Below, one piece after another: positions 42,622-61,308 of a stretch of DNA of 64,000 nucleotides; positions within the stretch are counted from its first letter, which is position 1; the number at the start of each line of letters is the position of its first letter. A program made the translations under genes and the position numbers. The notes below the pieces were generated by a model. The model saw only the letters and a program-made list of their open reading frames with translations. It was not told where the DNA came from and did no database searches. Source of the stretch: the human T2T-CHM13v2.0 reference genome, Homo sapiens; assembly GCF_009914755.1 (NCBI RefSeq), contig NC_060931.1; one strand, 5' to 3'.

Positions 42622-43728
42622 AAATACTTTCCTCCCTCGTTTCATCTGGCTGAGGGAAGATCACATATCTGACGTCAGGAAGAATGAAGTGTTTGGCAGC
42701 TCAGGACCATTTTTCATGATCAGAACATTAAGGTGCCTTTGGGGACAGGGAGAAATGAGCCCTCCCTGCCTCTGGTCACTCCTGTCCATTCAGCCAGAGT
42801 CTTGCCCTGACACCTGGCTCACTGACCACCTTATCTCCCCTTTTAAATCTTACAGAGTCTCTGTTCCCAGCTCCTCCACCATGGGACCCTCATGGAAGTC
42901 CCCTATCCAGATGTAATTTCTCTGCCTTCTCTGAATTCTAAGCACTTTATACTCCTGTAATTAATGTATAAATCATACATTAATTCATTGGTTTACTTCT
43001 TTGACAAATATCTGTAGGGTGCCTTCTCTGGGTCAGTCCCTGTTCAAGGCACCAGGAACACAGGTGAAGGAGGTACAGTGGGTGTGAGACTCAATTTCCA
43101 GCTTCAGTCTAAGCTCCTGCAATTCAGGGATGAGATTTCATATATACATTTTTCAATCCTTATATAATGCCTTCCATATAATTGGTGGCTTATAAAGGAT
43201 GATGGCTTATGGTCTTTATTACTTACATGTCTCATCATTCCTGTACAACTGTAGCAAATATAAACATCAAAATGCCTCTAGATCTTCTTTTCCTCATAAC
43301 ATATTTTCTCCTTTCTGTCATTTTGAAAGTGTTGTATATTGATGCCCCTGGTCATTTAGGAATGCCCATTTCTCTTTGTTCTAGTGCTGTTGTGTGGGTG
43401 AAGGTTGACCTAGTTTCAGAGAAGGGGTGAGGAAAGGCAGGGGCAAAAAGAATAAAGGAAAGAGTTTCTTTTGAGTACAAATAAAAACTACCAGGGAAAT
43501 CTGATTTACCAAAATGTTCTAGGGATTAGATTTGCAACTATTAAATATGATTTAACTGAAGGACCCCTCCGGCCTTTTTTATTCCCTTCTTTTTTACTAA
43601 AATTCTTTATCGAATTGCAGAATCCTTTTTCATTTGTCTCAGTAAGTAAACTTCAATAAATTATAGGTAAAATTTAGAAAACTGAAAATTCTGTTAGAGA
43701 TTAGAATGCATTAATATTTCTTGCCTTA

Positions 43729-44042
43729 GGCTGGGTGCAGTGGCTCACACCTGTAACCCCAGCACTTTGGGAGGCTGAGGCGGGCACATCACCTGAGGTC
43801 AGGAGTTCAAGACCAGCCTGGCCAACATGGTGAAACCCCGTCTCTACTAAAAATACAAAAATTAGCCAGGCATGGTGGCAGGCCCAGCTACTTGGTAGGC
43901 TGAGGCAGGAGAATCGCTTGAACCAGGGAGGTGGAGGTTGCAGTGAGCCGAGATCGTGCCACAGCCGAGATCTGTGAGCCTGGGCCACAGAGCGAGACTC
44001 CATCTCAAACAAACAAACAAACAAACAAAAAAAAAAACAAAG
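43729..44042 (+). mobile_element. Alu (AluSx-like) with (CAAA)n tail
   Basis: Full Alu with small internal rearrangement (agccgagatc repeated). Confidence 0.95.
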
Positions 44043-44639
44043 ACCATAGAAGCATATGAATAATATGAATAGGGTTTTGGAGATTTCACAGGACATGCAG
44101 TAAATGCAAGGCATCGTAGAAAAATAAAGTGTCCAGGGTGAGTCCCCCAAATCAGCTTGCTTCCTTGGAGATGTGCCACTCTTTCCTGAAAGTTTACAAC
44201 AAAGGAAATGTCAGTTATCTGAGGTTTTGGCGGGGCTCGGGTGGAATGTTGTGATGAATTATTCCTTAAATGCCCTGAGACTGAGCATGGGTTCCAATCT
44301 GGATGTTTCCAGCTCAGCTGCAGGAGGAGGGAGAATTTAGACAGAGACGTTGTCCGCCAAAGCTAAATACCTTCCGCCTTTGCCTACTTTTCATTTCCAA
44401 ACACCAGTATTGATTCCTTCCACGACGAATCGATCTTGTGGCTTGAAAGAAGCCTCTACCTGGAAGCTGTGGGGGAGGGATGAAGTGCAAGAGAAAACAT
44501 CTGTTAATCTGGACAGAGGCAGCGTGGCCTGAAATGAAGACATACCAAGCCCATCCTGGGAAGAAGTGTTTCTCCAGGTGGCAGCCTGCAGGAAGCAGAG
44601 CTCCTTCTGAACAGGCTTCCCACTGGCTCCTTTCTTTTT

Positions 44640-45897
44640 GATATTTTTTTCCAGCTTTGTTAACGTATGACAAATAAAAATTGTGTATATTTAGGGTGAG
44701 CGATATGGTGTTTTGATAAACACATTGTGAAATGATCACCACGATCAAGCTAAGGGACATACCCATCCTAACCTTGTTGCCACTGTGTGTGTGTGTGCCT
44801 GAGTGTGTGTGCCTGAGTGTGCGTGCCTGAGTGTGCGTGTGTGCACGTGCGTGCGTGTGTGCCTGTGTGTGCGCACGTGTGTGCCTGTGTGTGTGTCTGC
44901 GCACATGTGTGCCTGTGTGTGTCTGTGTGCATATGTGTTTGCACGTGTGTGTGTGGGCATGCCTGTATGTGTGCCTGTGTGTGCGTGTGTGCCTGTGTGT
45001 GTGCCTGTATGTGTGTCTGTGTGTGTGACTGTGTGTGTGCGTGTGTGTGTGTATGTGTGATGAGAACATTTAAGATCTGCTCTCAGCAAATTCCAAGTAC
45101 ACAATACAGTGTTATATACATTAGATCTGCAGAGCTTATTCAGCTTCTATCTGAAAGGTTGTACCCTTTGACCAAGATCACCCGTCCTCAACTACTGTTC
45201 TACTCTATTTCTATGAGTCCACCTTTTTAGATTTCACAAGTAAGTAAGATCATGCAGTGTTTATCTTTCTGTGCCTGGGTTATTTCACTTGGTATAATGT
45301 TCGTATTCTTGTAAATAGCAGGATTTCATTCTTTTTTTAAAGCTGAATAACATTTCATTTGATAGTTACTACAATTTCTTCATCTATCAATGGATTCTTA
45401 AGTTGCATCTGTATCTTGATTATTGTGAATAATAGTGCAGTGAGCATGGGAGTGCAGTTATCTCTTTGAGATAATGATTTCATTTTATTTTTTAACGTAC
45501 ACCCAGAAGTGGAATTGCTAGATCATATGGCAGTTCTATTTTGATTTTTATTTTTTTGTGGAACCTCCATACTACTTTCCATAATGACTATAACAATTTG
45601 CAGTCCCACCAACAGCATGCAGTTTTTCCCTTTTCTTCACGTCCCCACCAACACTCATTATATTTTGATCTTTTAATAATAAACATCCTAACGGGTGAAG
45701 TGATGTCACATTGCAGTTTTGATTTGCGTTTCCCTGATGATTAGTGGTGCTGAGCACCTTAATATACACCTGTTGCATCTCCGTATGTCTTCTTTGGAAG
45801 AAATGTCTATTCAGGCCCTTTGCCTATTGTTTTACTTGGGTTATTTGATTCTTTACTATTGAGTTGTAGGAGTTCCTTCTTCTCTTTGGATATTAAT
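44640..45897 (-). mobile_element. L1MA-type 3' portion
   Basis: Antisense L1MA 3'UTR and ORF2 end (tgacaaataaaaattgtgtatattta...gaaatgtctattcagg). Confidence 0.88.
44784..45059. repeat. Complex (TG/CG/CA)n alternating purine-pyrimidine tract, ~275 bp
   Basis: Directly visible; (TG)n punctuated by gcct, gcgt and gcac. Confidence 0.95.
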
Positions 45898-46277
45898 TCT
45901 CTGCTTTTCAGTGCCTTAAAGTTTCTGTGTCCCCACCCCTACCACGTGTTAGCCTTTGCTCAGTTCTACATCATGTCTGCTCATCCCTGTGACCCAGCGC
46001 TGTGCCTAGCATGGACAGATGCTCAAAGCGGGATTGATGACTGAATGGATAGACAAATGTGGCTTGATGTTTTCCCGCAAGCAGTTCGTAGTCTTGTGAA
46101 TGCTCAGTGGTAACACTTCCGTAATTCCTCCCCATTCTACTCTTCATCTATGCTTCCTACCTAGAATGTTTGAGTTGGAGGAGCTTGCAGCCCTTTCCTT
46201 GGTGCAGTGTTGGTGGAACTCAGGAAATTGTAGTTCCTAAAGATAATGTGATCACCTAAATATAATGACTTGCTGGT

Positions 46278-46500
46278 AGAGAGCATGGAGCAGCACCAGA
46301 AAGCCTGTGTTCTAACCTTGGATCTGTTTCCTGCTGAGGGTATGTATGAGCTCCACGAAGTTGCCCAACATCTCTGAGCCTCACTTTCTCACATCTCCCA
46401 GTTGGGTGATTATTCCTCTGCACTCTCTTCTCAGGGTTGTTACAAGGGTCACATGAGTTAATTGATGTGAGAACTTTCAAATAAAGTGTAGAAATTATTC
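46278..46500 (+). mobile_element. MIR
   Basis: aacatctctgagcctcactttctcacatct...cagggttgttacaaggg. Confidence 0.75.
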
Positions 46501-47249
46501 ATGTGTTAGGGATCATTATTTTTCAGCCTATTCTCTCCCAAGGAGTATCTTTGTATCTTAGCAGAAGTCTCCAGTGCCTTAAAGAAGCTACCATTAGAAG
46601 GAATCCAGGCAGAGTCCTGAAGAACACGTTTTGGATCCTGATGAGTCTTCAGGTCACTGTTTTGACAACATCATGCTGCAGTTTTAGGCAAAGTTCACCG
46701 ACTTGATGCCATAAAAGCGAGTTTGCATGACATAAGCTGGACAAGTACCATGCTTCTCATCTCACAGCTGTGAAGCCTTGTCCACGTGTTTTTTGTATTT
46801 CAGAGAACAACTGAAATATCACCATCATTTCACAGCAGCTCATTTCTGGTGTTGACACATGACTCATAGGGTTTTAGAGTTGGAAAAGAACTGATAGGTG
46901 GTAAGACTTACGATGTATGATTAACCAACCCCTCAGTGAACCATGAAGTTTTTAATAAAACATATAAAATACTAGACAGGAATAAACCTTCATCCTTTAC
47001 AGTATTACTGATACACAGTGAGAAAACTCAAATACCTGGAGCGAAAGGAATGGGATGACATTGGTGTAAGAGGCACTGGGAGGAAATAGTCAAATATGTA
47101 TGTTACTACATTAAATAGGAATTAGAGGAGGGAAGAATCATTTGCCTAACTAGTGTTTCTTCCAAAATCAATGGAAATTTAAATTGAATGATATTTTTCT
47201 CAGTTTTTCTTTTCTTCTACTTGTTTTCTCTCCTAAATAATCCAAATCG

Positions 47250-47258
47250 CTCCCTCTC

Positions 47259-47324
<66 letters not shown>
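47250..47324. repeat. (CT)n microsatellite
   Basis: Directly visible polypyrimidine tract. Confidence 0.97.
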
Positions 47325-47327
<3 letters not shown>

Positions 47328-49626
47328 AAGCACCAGGATACCTATTCTATGGCACATGCTTGATAGTTCTTGCTAAGATACTCAAGTCTTAAGTCCTAAT
47401 CAACTTTCATTTTTATTTCATCAAGAGTTTAAACATTAATTTAGTGATAATGATAGAATGGTAGGAAATTGGTCCCATAGCCTCAGAACAAATCACACCA
47501 TATAAATGTGTCTATCATATTCAAGATTACTTTCTTTTGATGAACTGTTCTATTAGTGCATAGTTTAAACACATGGCCAGCCTATGCTTTAACCAGTACT
47601 GGAATTTAACACACAGCGGCAAACAGGAATCTTGCTTAACTTGACCTGGACTGTTGCTCAGCGCCTGCTGCTGACCCTCTGGTGAGAATGCAATAACCCA
47701 GAATGACGGATGAGTCAGGGAGGCTGGACAGCAGATTGTCCAGAACAGTATGTAATTCCCATGAGAGGGAAGGCTGTGGAGACCAGCTCACCCACCTCAC
47801 TGACTCCCTGCAAGGCCCGAGTTAAAGGATGCTCCACAATTCCCTCTCCATTCCAGAATGACATTTCATTCTGATCAATGTCCTCTTACTAGGTTGACTT
47901 TTACTCTCTCAAATGCGCTGTTTAAAATACAAGTTGCTCTGGAATATGGCCCATTAAATGAATTACTGGGGCAGAGCATTTTTCCCTGCATTAGAGAACC
48001 AAGGCAGCCCAATGAGAATTGGTGCCTAGGAGGATGCAGAGTGAGGAGGAATGAGCAGAGAGGGGAGGGCAGGACACATCAACATCCAAAATTTGAGTCG
48101 TCCACTTCATGATCTCCTTTTTGGGGTTTGCTTGTCACTTCTTCAGGGACCCTCTGCCAGTCGAAGGCATTGTGTCCACCCTCTCTGGAAGGCTGCCTGT
48201 GAGGAATGACAGGAGATGAGACCACAGAGGCACAGGACACTAGAAGTCAGAGAAACTTTTGAGACCATGAGTCTCAATTCCTCATTTTACAGACCCAGAT
48301 ATTACAGCTCTGCTCTTAAAGTCACAAAACTTATGTAAACGTTGTGTGTTTTGCTGAGCTAGATGAAGACCATTTTGAGGCCTTATGCACCTGCTGTGTT
48401 TTTGGTGGGACTCTCTCCTGTCCCCAGGCTAAGATTCTTTACATGAATTCTCAAATTCCACAGATGATGAGATTTTATAGCATCTTCCAGTGTTGGGTTT
48501 GGTTTTTGTTATTTTGAATGAGCGTGCTGACTGTAGGAAATGATGAACTCAAGTGGCAGTTGAGATCAGAGGGACTGAAAACAAAGTCAAGTGTAACAGG
48601 ATGCTGCTTTGGTGGTGTTTTTACCGCCCAAATGCACAGCCCGGATCCACACACCTTGACTTCATCTCTGTTCCCCATTTATTTTCCACCGGATCTCCGT
48701 GGGCACTTTTTTCTCCTCTTTCATCTTTTCCTCTACTCAGAAAAGTGCTTATAAAAGAGCAACGGTGATATTGCTTCTATTTGTCTTCTTGAAGGAAACT
48801 GGTTTACCCTGACCCTCTCTCGTGCATTTCCAGCCAGGTCGATTCTTCTTAGGCCTGTGTTTGTCTACGCTCACCTTTTAACATTTGGGCCAGGGGAGGG
48901 ACAGGATCCTTAAAACATGATACCTATTTCCACATCTGAGGAAATGTAAATAGGTTGTTGTAGATTTTCTTAATATCATTTTTGTACCAATTCCTCACCC
49001 AGGCAATTCACTACAACCTTGAAACTCAGCATGTTTCTGGGTATTCTGTCTGGTATCTGAAGACTCTCCGAACCCAGTTCTGCATGTGGCTAAATTACAA
49101 ACTCAGAGGAGCAGCTTCCAAATACGAGAATTTTCTGGGTGGTGATTTAGTCAACATGTAAATGCTAAGCTCTGATTGGAATAGGAAAAGCCCCCTCAAA
49201 AATTTATTTTTCAGAATGAATGAGTCAAAGCTCTACGACTTCCTGTCTGCTGGACACAAAACCAGAAAGCCTGATTCAACAGAGAAAGTGGCTGAGGTCA
49301 AGGCTGCAAGGACTAATTTAGGATTGGGATTCTTGCTCTTGACTCAGGCATTGAAGTAGCCTCACAGAGAAATAATACATTCCAGAAATGCCTTGGTTTC
49401 TGTGATCTCCATCTAGACCAACAAATCGCCCTATGTAATCAGCCTACAGTGCATCTCAAGAAAGTACAATATAAATGGAAATATACAACCTACTGAGACC
49501 AAAACAAAGATTTATTTTAAAAAAAGAGACGTCTTTACATGCATCACTAGATTTTAACGGTAATGAAGATGGGTCATTGAGGGTATAAAACGCTGGAATC
49601 CTGCATCAGAGTGCCTGGTGAGGAAA

Positions 49627-52190
<2,564 letters not shown>

Positions 52191-53619
52191 AGCCTCTCTG
52201 ACATGAAAATCCTGAAGCATCCCAGTGGTACTTCAACAGAAGAGGTGACACAAACTCCCAAGAAGTTAGTCCTTTGTCAGAAAAAGATAACCTTGTACAG
52301 CTTCCCTAAAACAAATTCAGACAGAGATCTGGTCATCAACACTCCTGTTTAAACTTGCAAAGCCATCATCTCTGTATTGTGAGTTATCTGTGTTTCATTA
52401 TAACCGAAGTTCATCTGCACAAATTGGCATTCTAAATTGTTACTTGTTATTCTGCACATTTTATGATGAGATAGTTACAGAAATAAATTAATATAAATTA
52501 AGAGAATATCACAAATTAGTAGAATAAGGAATGGCCAATGTTTGTCAAGAAGCTAGCTAAGGTTTCCAATGTCATTTATTATATAAATTAATATTCTCAC
52601 CACATATCATACCCCAATCTCAGATGTATTTAAGTAGCTAAATAGAAAAATAGAAAAAAGAAAATATTGTGTGTTATAGAAACTAAGAAAAATAGAAAAA
52701 AGATAATACTGTATAATAGAAGCTAAGAAAATGGAGATAAATAATTATTATCTCAACAAAAATATCATCATTAGAATAAAAGCAATAAAAGCCAAAAAAT
52801 AATTAGAAGGAAAATATTTATAGTTTTACTGTATAATAAACATACACTTAAATATAAAGCAGAAATAAAAGGAAAACAAGATCTGGTAAAATATTTGCAA
52901 CAAATTTCCTATGTTAATATATTTAGTATGTTAGGAGATCAAACAAATTAAAAAATCAGGCAAAATACATAGTGAAGATGTCCTAAAAACCAAAAGCAAG
53001 TTTGAAATCAGTATTAATTGTTGCTCTCCTATTTGTAACAGTGAAAAATTGGAAGTAACTGTTTCCCTTATGATTAAATATTGACAACAGCATGCAAATT
53101 GATAATTTACATAATATTTAAGAGGAAGGACAAAGCAGATATAATTAAATCCCCTCTCTTCCTTTAAAATGATTGAAATAAGAGTAAAGAAACCCAAAAG
53201 GAACTATGTTTATATGACACTGAAAAGCAAAGGAGGAAGCCACAGACCAAGATTTTGACAAATTTCTGCAAGACAGAAGGAAGACAGGATCACATTAATA
53301 AACATATCCCAGTAGAGGAATCCATGGCTCAGAGCACAAGTGAGACCCATTTACTAGGAATGCACTCACTCCCCTAACACCCCTCTGCATGGAGCAGCTA
53401 CACAGAGAAATGAGATTTGACACTAAGAGGGTGATTTGTGGAACGGATGCAAGGCAACTCTTACCAAGCCTCTCTCCCTGTCTCCCAACTGTAGAGCTGA
53501 GAACATAGCCTCAATCTCAGAAGGTGGCATCAAGACCAGCGGGAGAGAAAGAACTAGTCAACAAGCGATGCTAAATAATTCAGGATGCATGGCTTACCCA
53601 TATGGGGAAACATAAAATT

Positions 53620-53960
53620 CTTGCCAAATTCCAGGGGTTCAGTCTAGCTTCCACTGCTCACCAGGGCATGGAAAACCAATCCCTGAGATGAGTATTGCCA
53701 GGGAGGAAGGTTTCATTTGGATGATGCCAGCCAGAGAGATTGGAGCAAAACCTCAAATCTGTTTCTTCTTCCTGCCTCCAACTAAATTTAGGGGTGTATA
53801 TAGCAGGGAAGGAAAATGGGGCTGGGAGGGCAAGAAAGAAGAGTTGGTCACCAGGCAGCAGGTGCATTTCATTGTACAAATCATAAGTTTATCAAGCTTC
53901 AGTTCTGTGGGCATGTGGCTTGTTAGAAAATCAGGCTACTTTCAAAAGTAGTCATTTTTC
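53620..53960 (-). mobile_element. ERV1-type LTR fragment (MER31/MER67-like, tentative)
   Basis: ccaggggttcagtctag...gagtattgccagggaggaagg...ctcaaatc...ggggtgtatatagcagggaag. Confidence 0.6.
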
Positions 53961-53964
53961 TCAG

Positions 53965-55649
<1,685 letters not shown>

Positions 55650-55937
55650 TTTTTTTTTTTTTTCCCCTTTTCTTTTCTTTTTTTTTTTTTTTTTTAACTT
55701 TTAAGCTCAGAGGTGCATGTGCAGGTTTGTTATATAGGTAAAGGGTAAACTCATGTCATGAGGGTTTGTTGTACAGATTATTTTATTACCCAGGTATGAA
55801 GCCTAGTACCCATTAGCTGTTTTCCCCATTGTCTCCTTCCCATTCTCCGCCCTCTGGCACGCTTCAGTGTGTGTTGTTCCCCTCTATGTGTCCTGTGTTC
55901 TCATCCTTTAGCTCCCACTTGTAAGTGAGGATATGCA
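55650..55937 (-). mobile_element. Older L1PA (PA13-16-like) 3' end
   Basis: gtgcaggtttgttatataggtaaa...gggtttgttgtacagattatttt...ttagctcccacttgtaagtgag. Confidence 0.88.
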
Positions 55938-56899
55938 TTTCTTAAAAGAATGTTACACTACTGTTGGGATATTTTTCTAAGTCTGCTTTTTTTTAATCAT
56001 CCAGAAGGTGTCAACCAAAAACTTCCTGGTAATAACCAGTACTCCTATTCCTGCCTGAGTGGCTTTCCTGTGACTGGACTGAAACGTCCTGCAGCTGTGG
56101 TTGAACGAGGGTGACAGCCAAGTTTGCATGGCACACACATCATGACTGCTGCCTGACCCACAGACACCACACAGTACAGGCTTGTTTCAGAGATGCCAAA
56201 TGTGGGGAAAATGCATCTTAAAAGTCACAGAAGTAAATGTAGTTTATTAATAAATGTAATAATGAATAAATGATTAATTATTTCATTTATAAGGAGGACG
56301 GATGAAAGAAAGAGAATATAAATGCATTTATTACCACTGAACTGTATATGTAAAAATGGTAAAGATGGTAAATTATATATGCATATTTTATCTCTATTTA
56401 AAAAATCACTGAAATAAATGTAGTTTGATCAGTATTTGTTTCAGGAATATTTCTGCAGCTTTTTTGTTTGTTTTTGCTTATAATTTTTGGCCTCTTTTTC
56501 TTCTTTATATTTTGCTTTTATTCTCCTGTTGTTGGTATAAAAAGATAATTCATCCAATCTTAAAGCTAGGAACATTTTTCTTCAAATGGCAAAAGTTTAG
56601 TAATATAAAATTACATCTTCTTTGTGGCTATAATCACGTTACTTAGTTCTTCAGGGAATGATATTTTCATATGCCTAATATTTTAAATGTTTTTAATTGA
56701 TTTTCAGTTTCCCAAGGAAGGAGAATCTCCTTTCCAAAGAGGTTCCTTTGTGATTTTGGAACAGAAAGTCAATAGTACAAGCCTCAACATTGCAAGAGGC
56801 ATGGTAGGTTTTCTGTTGGAAGGTACTGGAGACAGATGTAGGATACACTGCATTTTTCATTTTACAAATGGGTAGCAAGAGATGCTGTGTAAAATTGAT

Positions 56900-57330
56900 G
56901 GGTACATTACTTAAGGTTCTTCCAGCTGCTATAGCAAATAAACCCTGTAATCTCAATCTTTTAAGAAAATAGTAGTTTCTTTCTCAATTGCTCAAAATAA
57001 AATTTATTTTATTACAATAAAATACATCAGTTATTTAGCAGAGGCCTTCAGAATGCTGAATCAAGAACCCAGGTCCCTCCACCTTGAACATCCATCATCT
57101 CTGAAGATTCAAGAATAGTTTAATTCCAACTTTAGAATGGGAGAGAACCAGAGAGTTCTCAGAAGGCATCCCCGGATGTTTTGAAGGCCAGGCCTGAACC
57201 TAGCACATACTTCTGCCATATTCCAGTAGCTAGAACGTAGTCACATAGCAAAGGAGGCCAAGAAATGTGGAATAGCTGAAGAGCAGCCGAAAAAAGAAAA
57301 TCAGTTTGGTGGATAATGAGCAAGTTTCTT
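56900..57330 (-). mobile_element. Old MLT1-type LTR remnant
   Basis: ttctgccatattccagtagctagaacgtagtcacatagc motif typical of old MLT1. Confidence 0.5.
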
Positions 57331-58209
57331 CCAAAATGGATTAAAAAACAGTGTTTTAAATTCATTAGTAAAGTGATAATGTCAATTTGAAAAGATGATA
57401 CAGGAAAAATTGGTAAGAAAAGGAGAAAAGAACAATTGATTGTGGAAGTTAGTGGAACTCTTTGTCTTACAGCTGAGAGGTGATGGATTGTGTTTGAACT
57501 GGGGAAATAAGGAAGTGGATCTGTGTTCCTGCTTCCTGGGCGTACAGAGCTGTCCACCACAGAACTAGCATTGACACCGGCAAAATTGCTTTTCTCTGAG
57601 AACTTGGAGAGAGAATAGGGGTCATGTTGGATTTGGTGATGATAGTGATGGTGGTGATGAGGAATAATTTATATTTTTATTGTAAATTTTCAGTAATATT
57701 TTGAATTTTTATTTTAATATACATGGATAACTTTAATAATTACATAATTAATCACAGTAAAAGTGGTAAAATACAAGCTGAAAATTAAATCCAAGGACAG
57801 AGATCCACTTAATAAGCAACTATAGACATGGAATAAGAATATTTTTTCATAACTTTTATTATTACATTAGCAAATATTCATATTTTTAAGAGGAAGTGCA
57901 GAGTAGAAAACTACAAGTATAATCTCTTTTACGTAAATACTATGCATAGAAAAGACTAGAAGGGAACCACAGGTGTTGTTTTAGTATATTTATTTATGAT
58001 GAATTATAGTCTTTATTTTTGCTTATATTTTATCTTTGTTGTCAGCTATATAATGAGTTGTATTAATGTCTATACTTTTGTGTCTAAAAAATTGAAATTG
58101 AATATTTCATTGTCAAAAACTAAGCCATGACAGAAAGCACAATAACTTAATAGTGAAGTAGAGTTCAGGGTGCTTGGAACCGTAGCTGGCTTTGTCTAAT
58201 GGTGAGATA

Positions 58210-58320
58210 ATCATTAGGATTAGAACTCAAGAGCCCTAGGTTTCCATCCCAGATATGTTGCTAACTAAATGTGTGACCCTATGTAGGTCACTTTATCAGC
58301 ACCTCGGTTTTTCACTTGCC
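58210..58320 (+). mobile_element. MIR fragment
   Basis: ctaactaaatgtgtgaccctatgtaggtcactt...cctcggtttttcac. Confidence 0.6.
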
Positions 58321-58601
58321 GAGTGATGTTCGCATTTTCATTTCCTACAACCTGAGTATTTTAATGCAGCCACGACCCTGGTGCTGCCTGTTGAAATGAG
58401 GCAGATTAAAGACCACAAGGCCTATGGCAGGAAAGATGCTTCTTTTTCCACCTCCAGTGACAAGCTCTGTGAGATGAAGTAAATCTTCTAATTCAGTCAA
58501 ATTCTGCTGCTGGTGGCTTTTCTCCATTGGTCATATTTATACAGCTGGGGACCTACAGCGCAAGCCTCTCCAGGGGAGCCCTTCAGGTCTTCTGTAGCTA
58601 A

Positions 58602-59084
<483 letters not shown>

Positions 59085-60701
59085 AATCATTTTGTTTTAA
59101 ATAAGTTTCAGTTAGAATATAGAGCTTCTTCCCCAAACAGAGTAACCTTCAATTCTCCATTTTCATGTAAAAGCAGGTGGCATTTCTTGTACACTGTGGA
59201 GATGGTATGATTATTAAACAGCTAATAATTAGAAAGCATTCCAGAAATAAAATCAGCATATAAATACCTAGTATGATGGGGATGATTAAACTACCGGCTG
59301 TGGTGGACAAAAAATAATATTATTCAATTGTTTACATGCATTTAGCTGATCTAACAAAACATACATTTGTAAGATCCCAGCCAGAAATATTTCCAGGTAA
59401 TAAAATATAAATTATAGTGTTCCTTTATGGATTGCATACTTTCTTCCTTCTTTACGTTTCAAATAAATTACCTTCTATGTATCACTTAAATAACATCAGG
59501 CTTTCTGAGGTGCTTAAGACAATCTTAACAGTACTGAGTTAAAATATATCTTTAACATGCTATTTTTTCTAGTCTTTAGGAAAGCTTCACTCAAGTGCAT
59601 TTTCAAAGGTCTTTGAAGATGAAATATTCTGAGGGCCTCGTGCATTGCTGCTGAATTTAATAGTCCTTAGCAATCACACTGAAATCCATTCCCTTTGCCC
59701 TCAGCTTCCCTTCCTAATTCTATCACGTAACTACCTTCTTCCTCAAAAGCCTTCTTACCACCTTAGCAAAAAATGACAACTTGGATTTCAGTGAAAATGT
59801 ATGGATTTAATTTGCAAGCTCTCCAGTCTTGGCTTTGCTCTCTGTGAGTCTTGATGGAGGGGAGAAGCTACACCGGAAGCCCTAAGAAGCCTGGCCCAGG
59901 CTCACCTGATCTCCTTCTCTTCCAGAAGCCTCCCAGGTTCCAGCCCACTCTCACCTTCCACAGGGGGCCTCTTGCCTCCCGGCTTCTGCCCAGTTCAGCC
60001 AATGGAAGTCAGGGGTGCGAGCTCTAAGCGGGGGGATGAAGAGTTGGGGTTGCAGGTGGGTCTGGCCGCTGCCTTCTGCCTCAGGTTCCCACAGACAGCC
60101 CTGTCCTGAAGCTACGAGATGGCTGAAAGACAACACAATTCCCCAGTCCCCGGCAGCCGCGCATTTAATTTCCACTCACAGTTTTGCCTTTTCCAGAATA
60201 TCAGGAAAGTGGAATCATGAAGGATATACTCACCGGGGATCAGGGAAGAGGACTCAGGGTGTGAGGGGTTGTCTGGGAGAGCTGGGAAGATTCCATGTCT
60301 TGATTGTCGTAGCCGTTACATGACTATTTACAGTCGTTGAATCTGCATGCTGAAAAGGGTGAATTTTATTGCATGTAAATTATGTTTGCAAAAAGCCAAC
60401 TAAAGAGTGAGAAATAATTATGTCTGTTTTCACTGCAGTCAATTCCCCCACGACAATAGGGGGATTTTCGGAAGATGCTTTGATATCATAACTCTGTTGT
60501 GCATTGTGCATTTTCATAAGTCATTAATATTTATAGGCCAGCTAACTTCATCCCTCTTGATTTTGATTATTCAAGGAGATGCTAAACAAAATGTGTTTCA
60601 GGAGAAACTCACGTGTCCACAGCTTTCCGTACCATTGGCCAATCTCTGGGTGGTCCTCCCTTTTCAATTTTCTACCCTATCACATCAGAAATGGGTATTG
60701 G

Positions 60702-61308
<607 letters not shown>

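Noticed and set aside
44314-45230. His/Thr-rich and Cys/Val-rich ORFs (up to 251 aa)
   Set aside because: Translations of the (TG)n/(CA)n tract
52640-52731. ~41-bp A-rich tandem duplication
   Set aside because: Low-complexity slippage within decayed L1-like sequence; nothing further to support
59950-60170. Promoter or CpG island (CCAAT, GGAAGT, a few CpGs)
   Set aside because: Too short and CpG-poor; no TATA/Inr context or downstream exon that I can support
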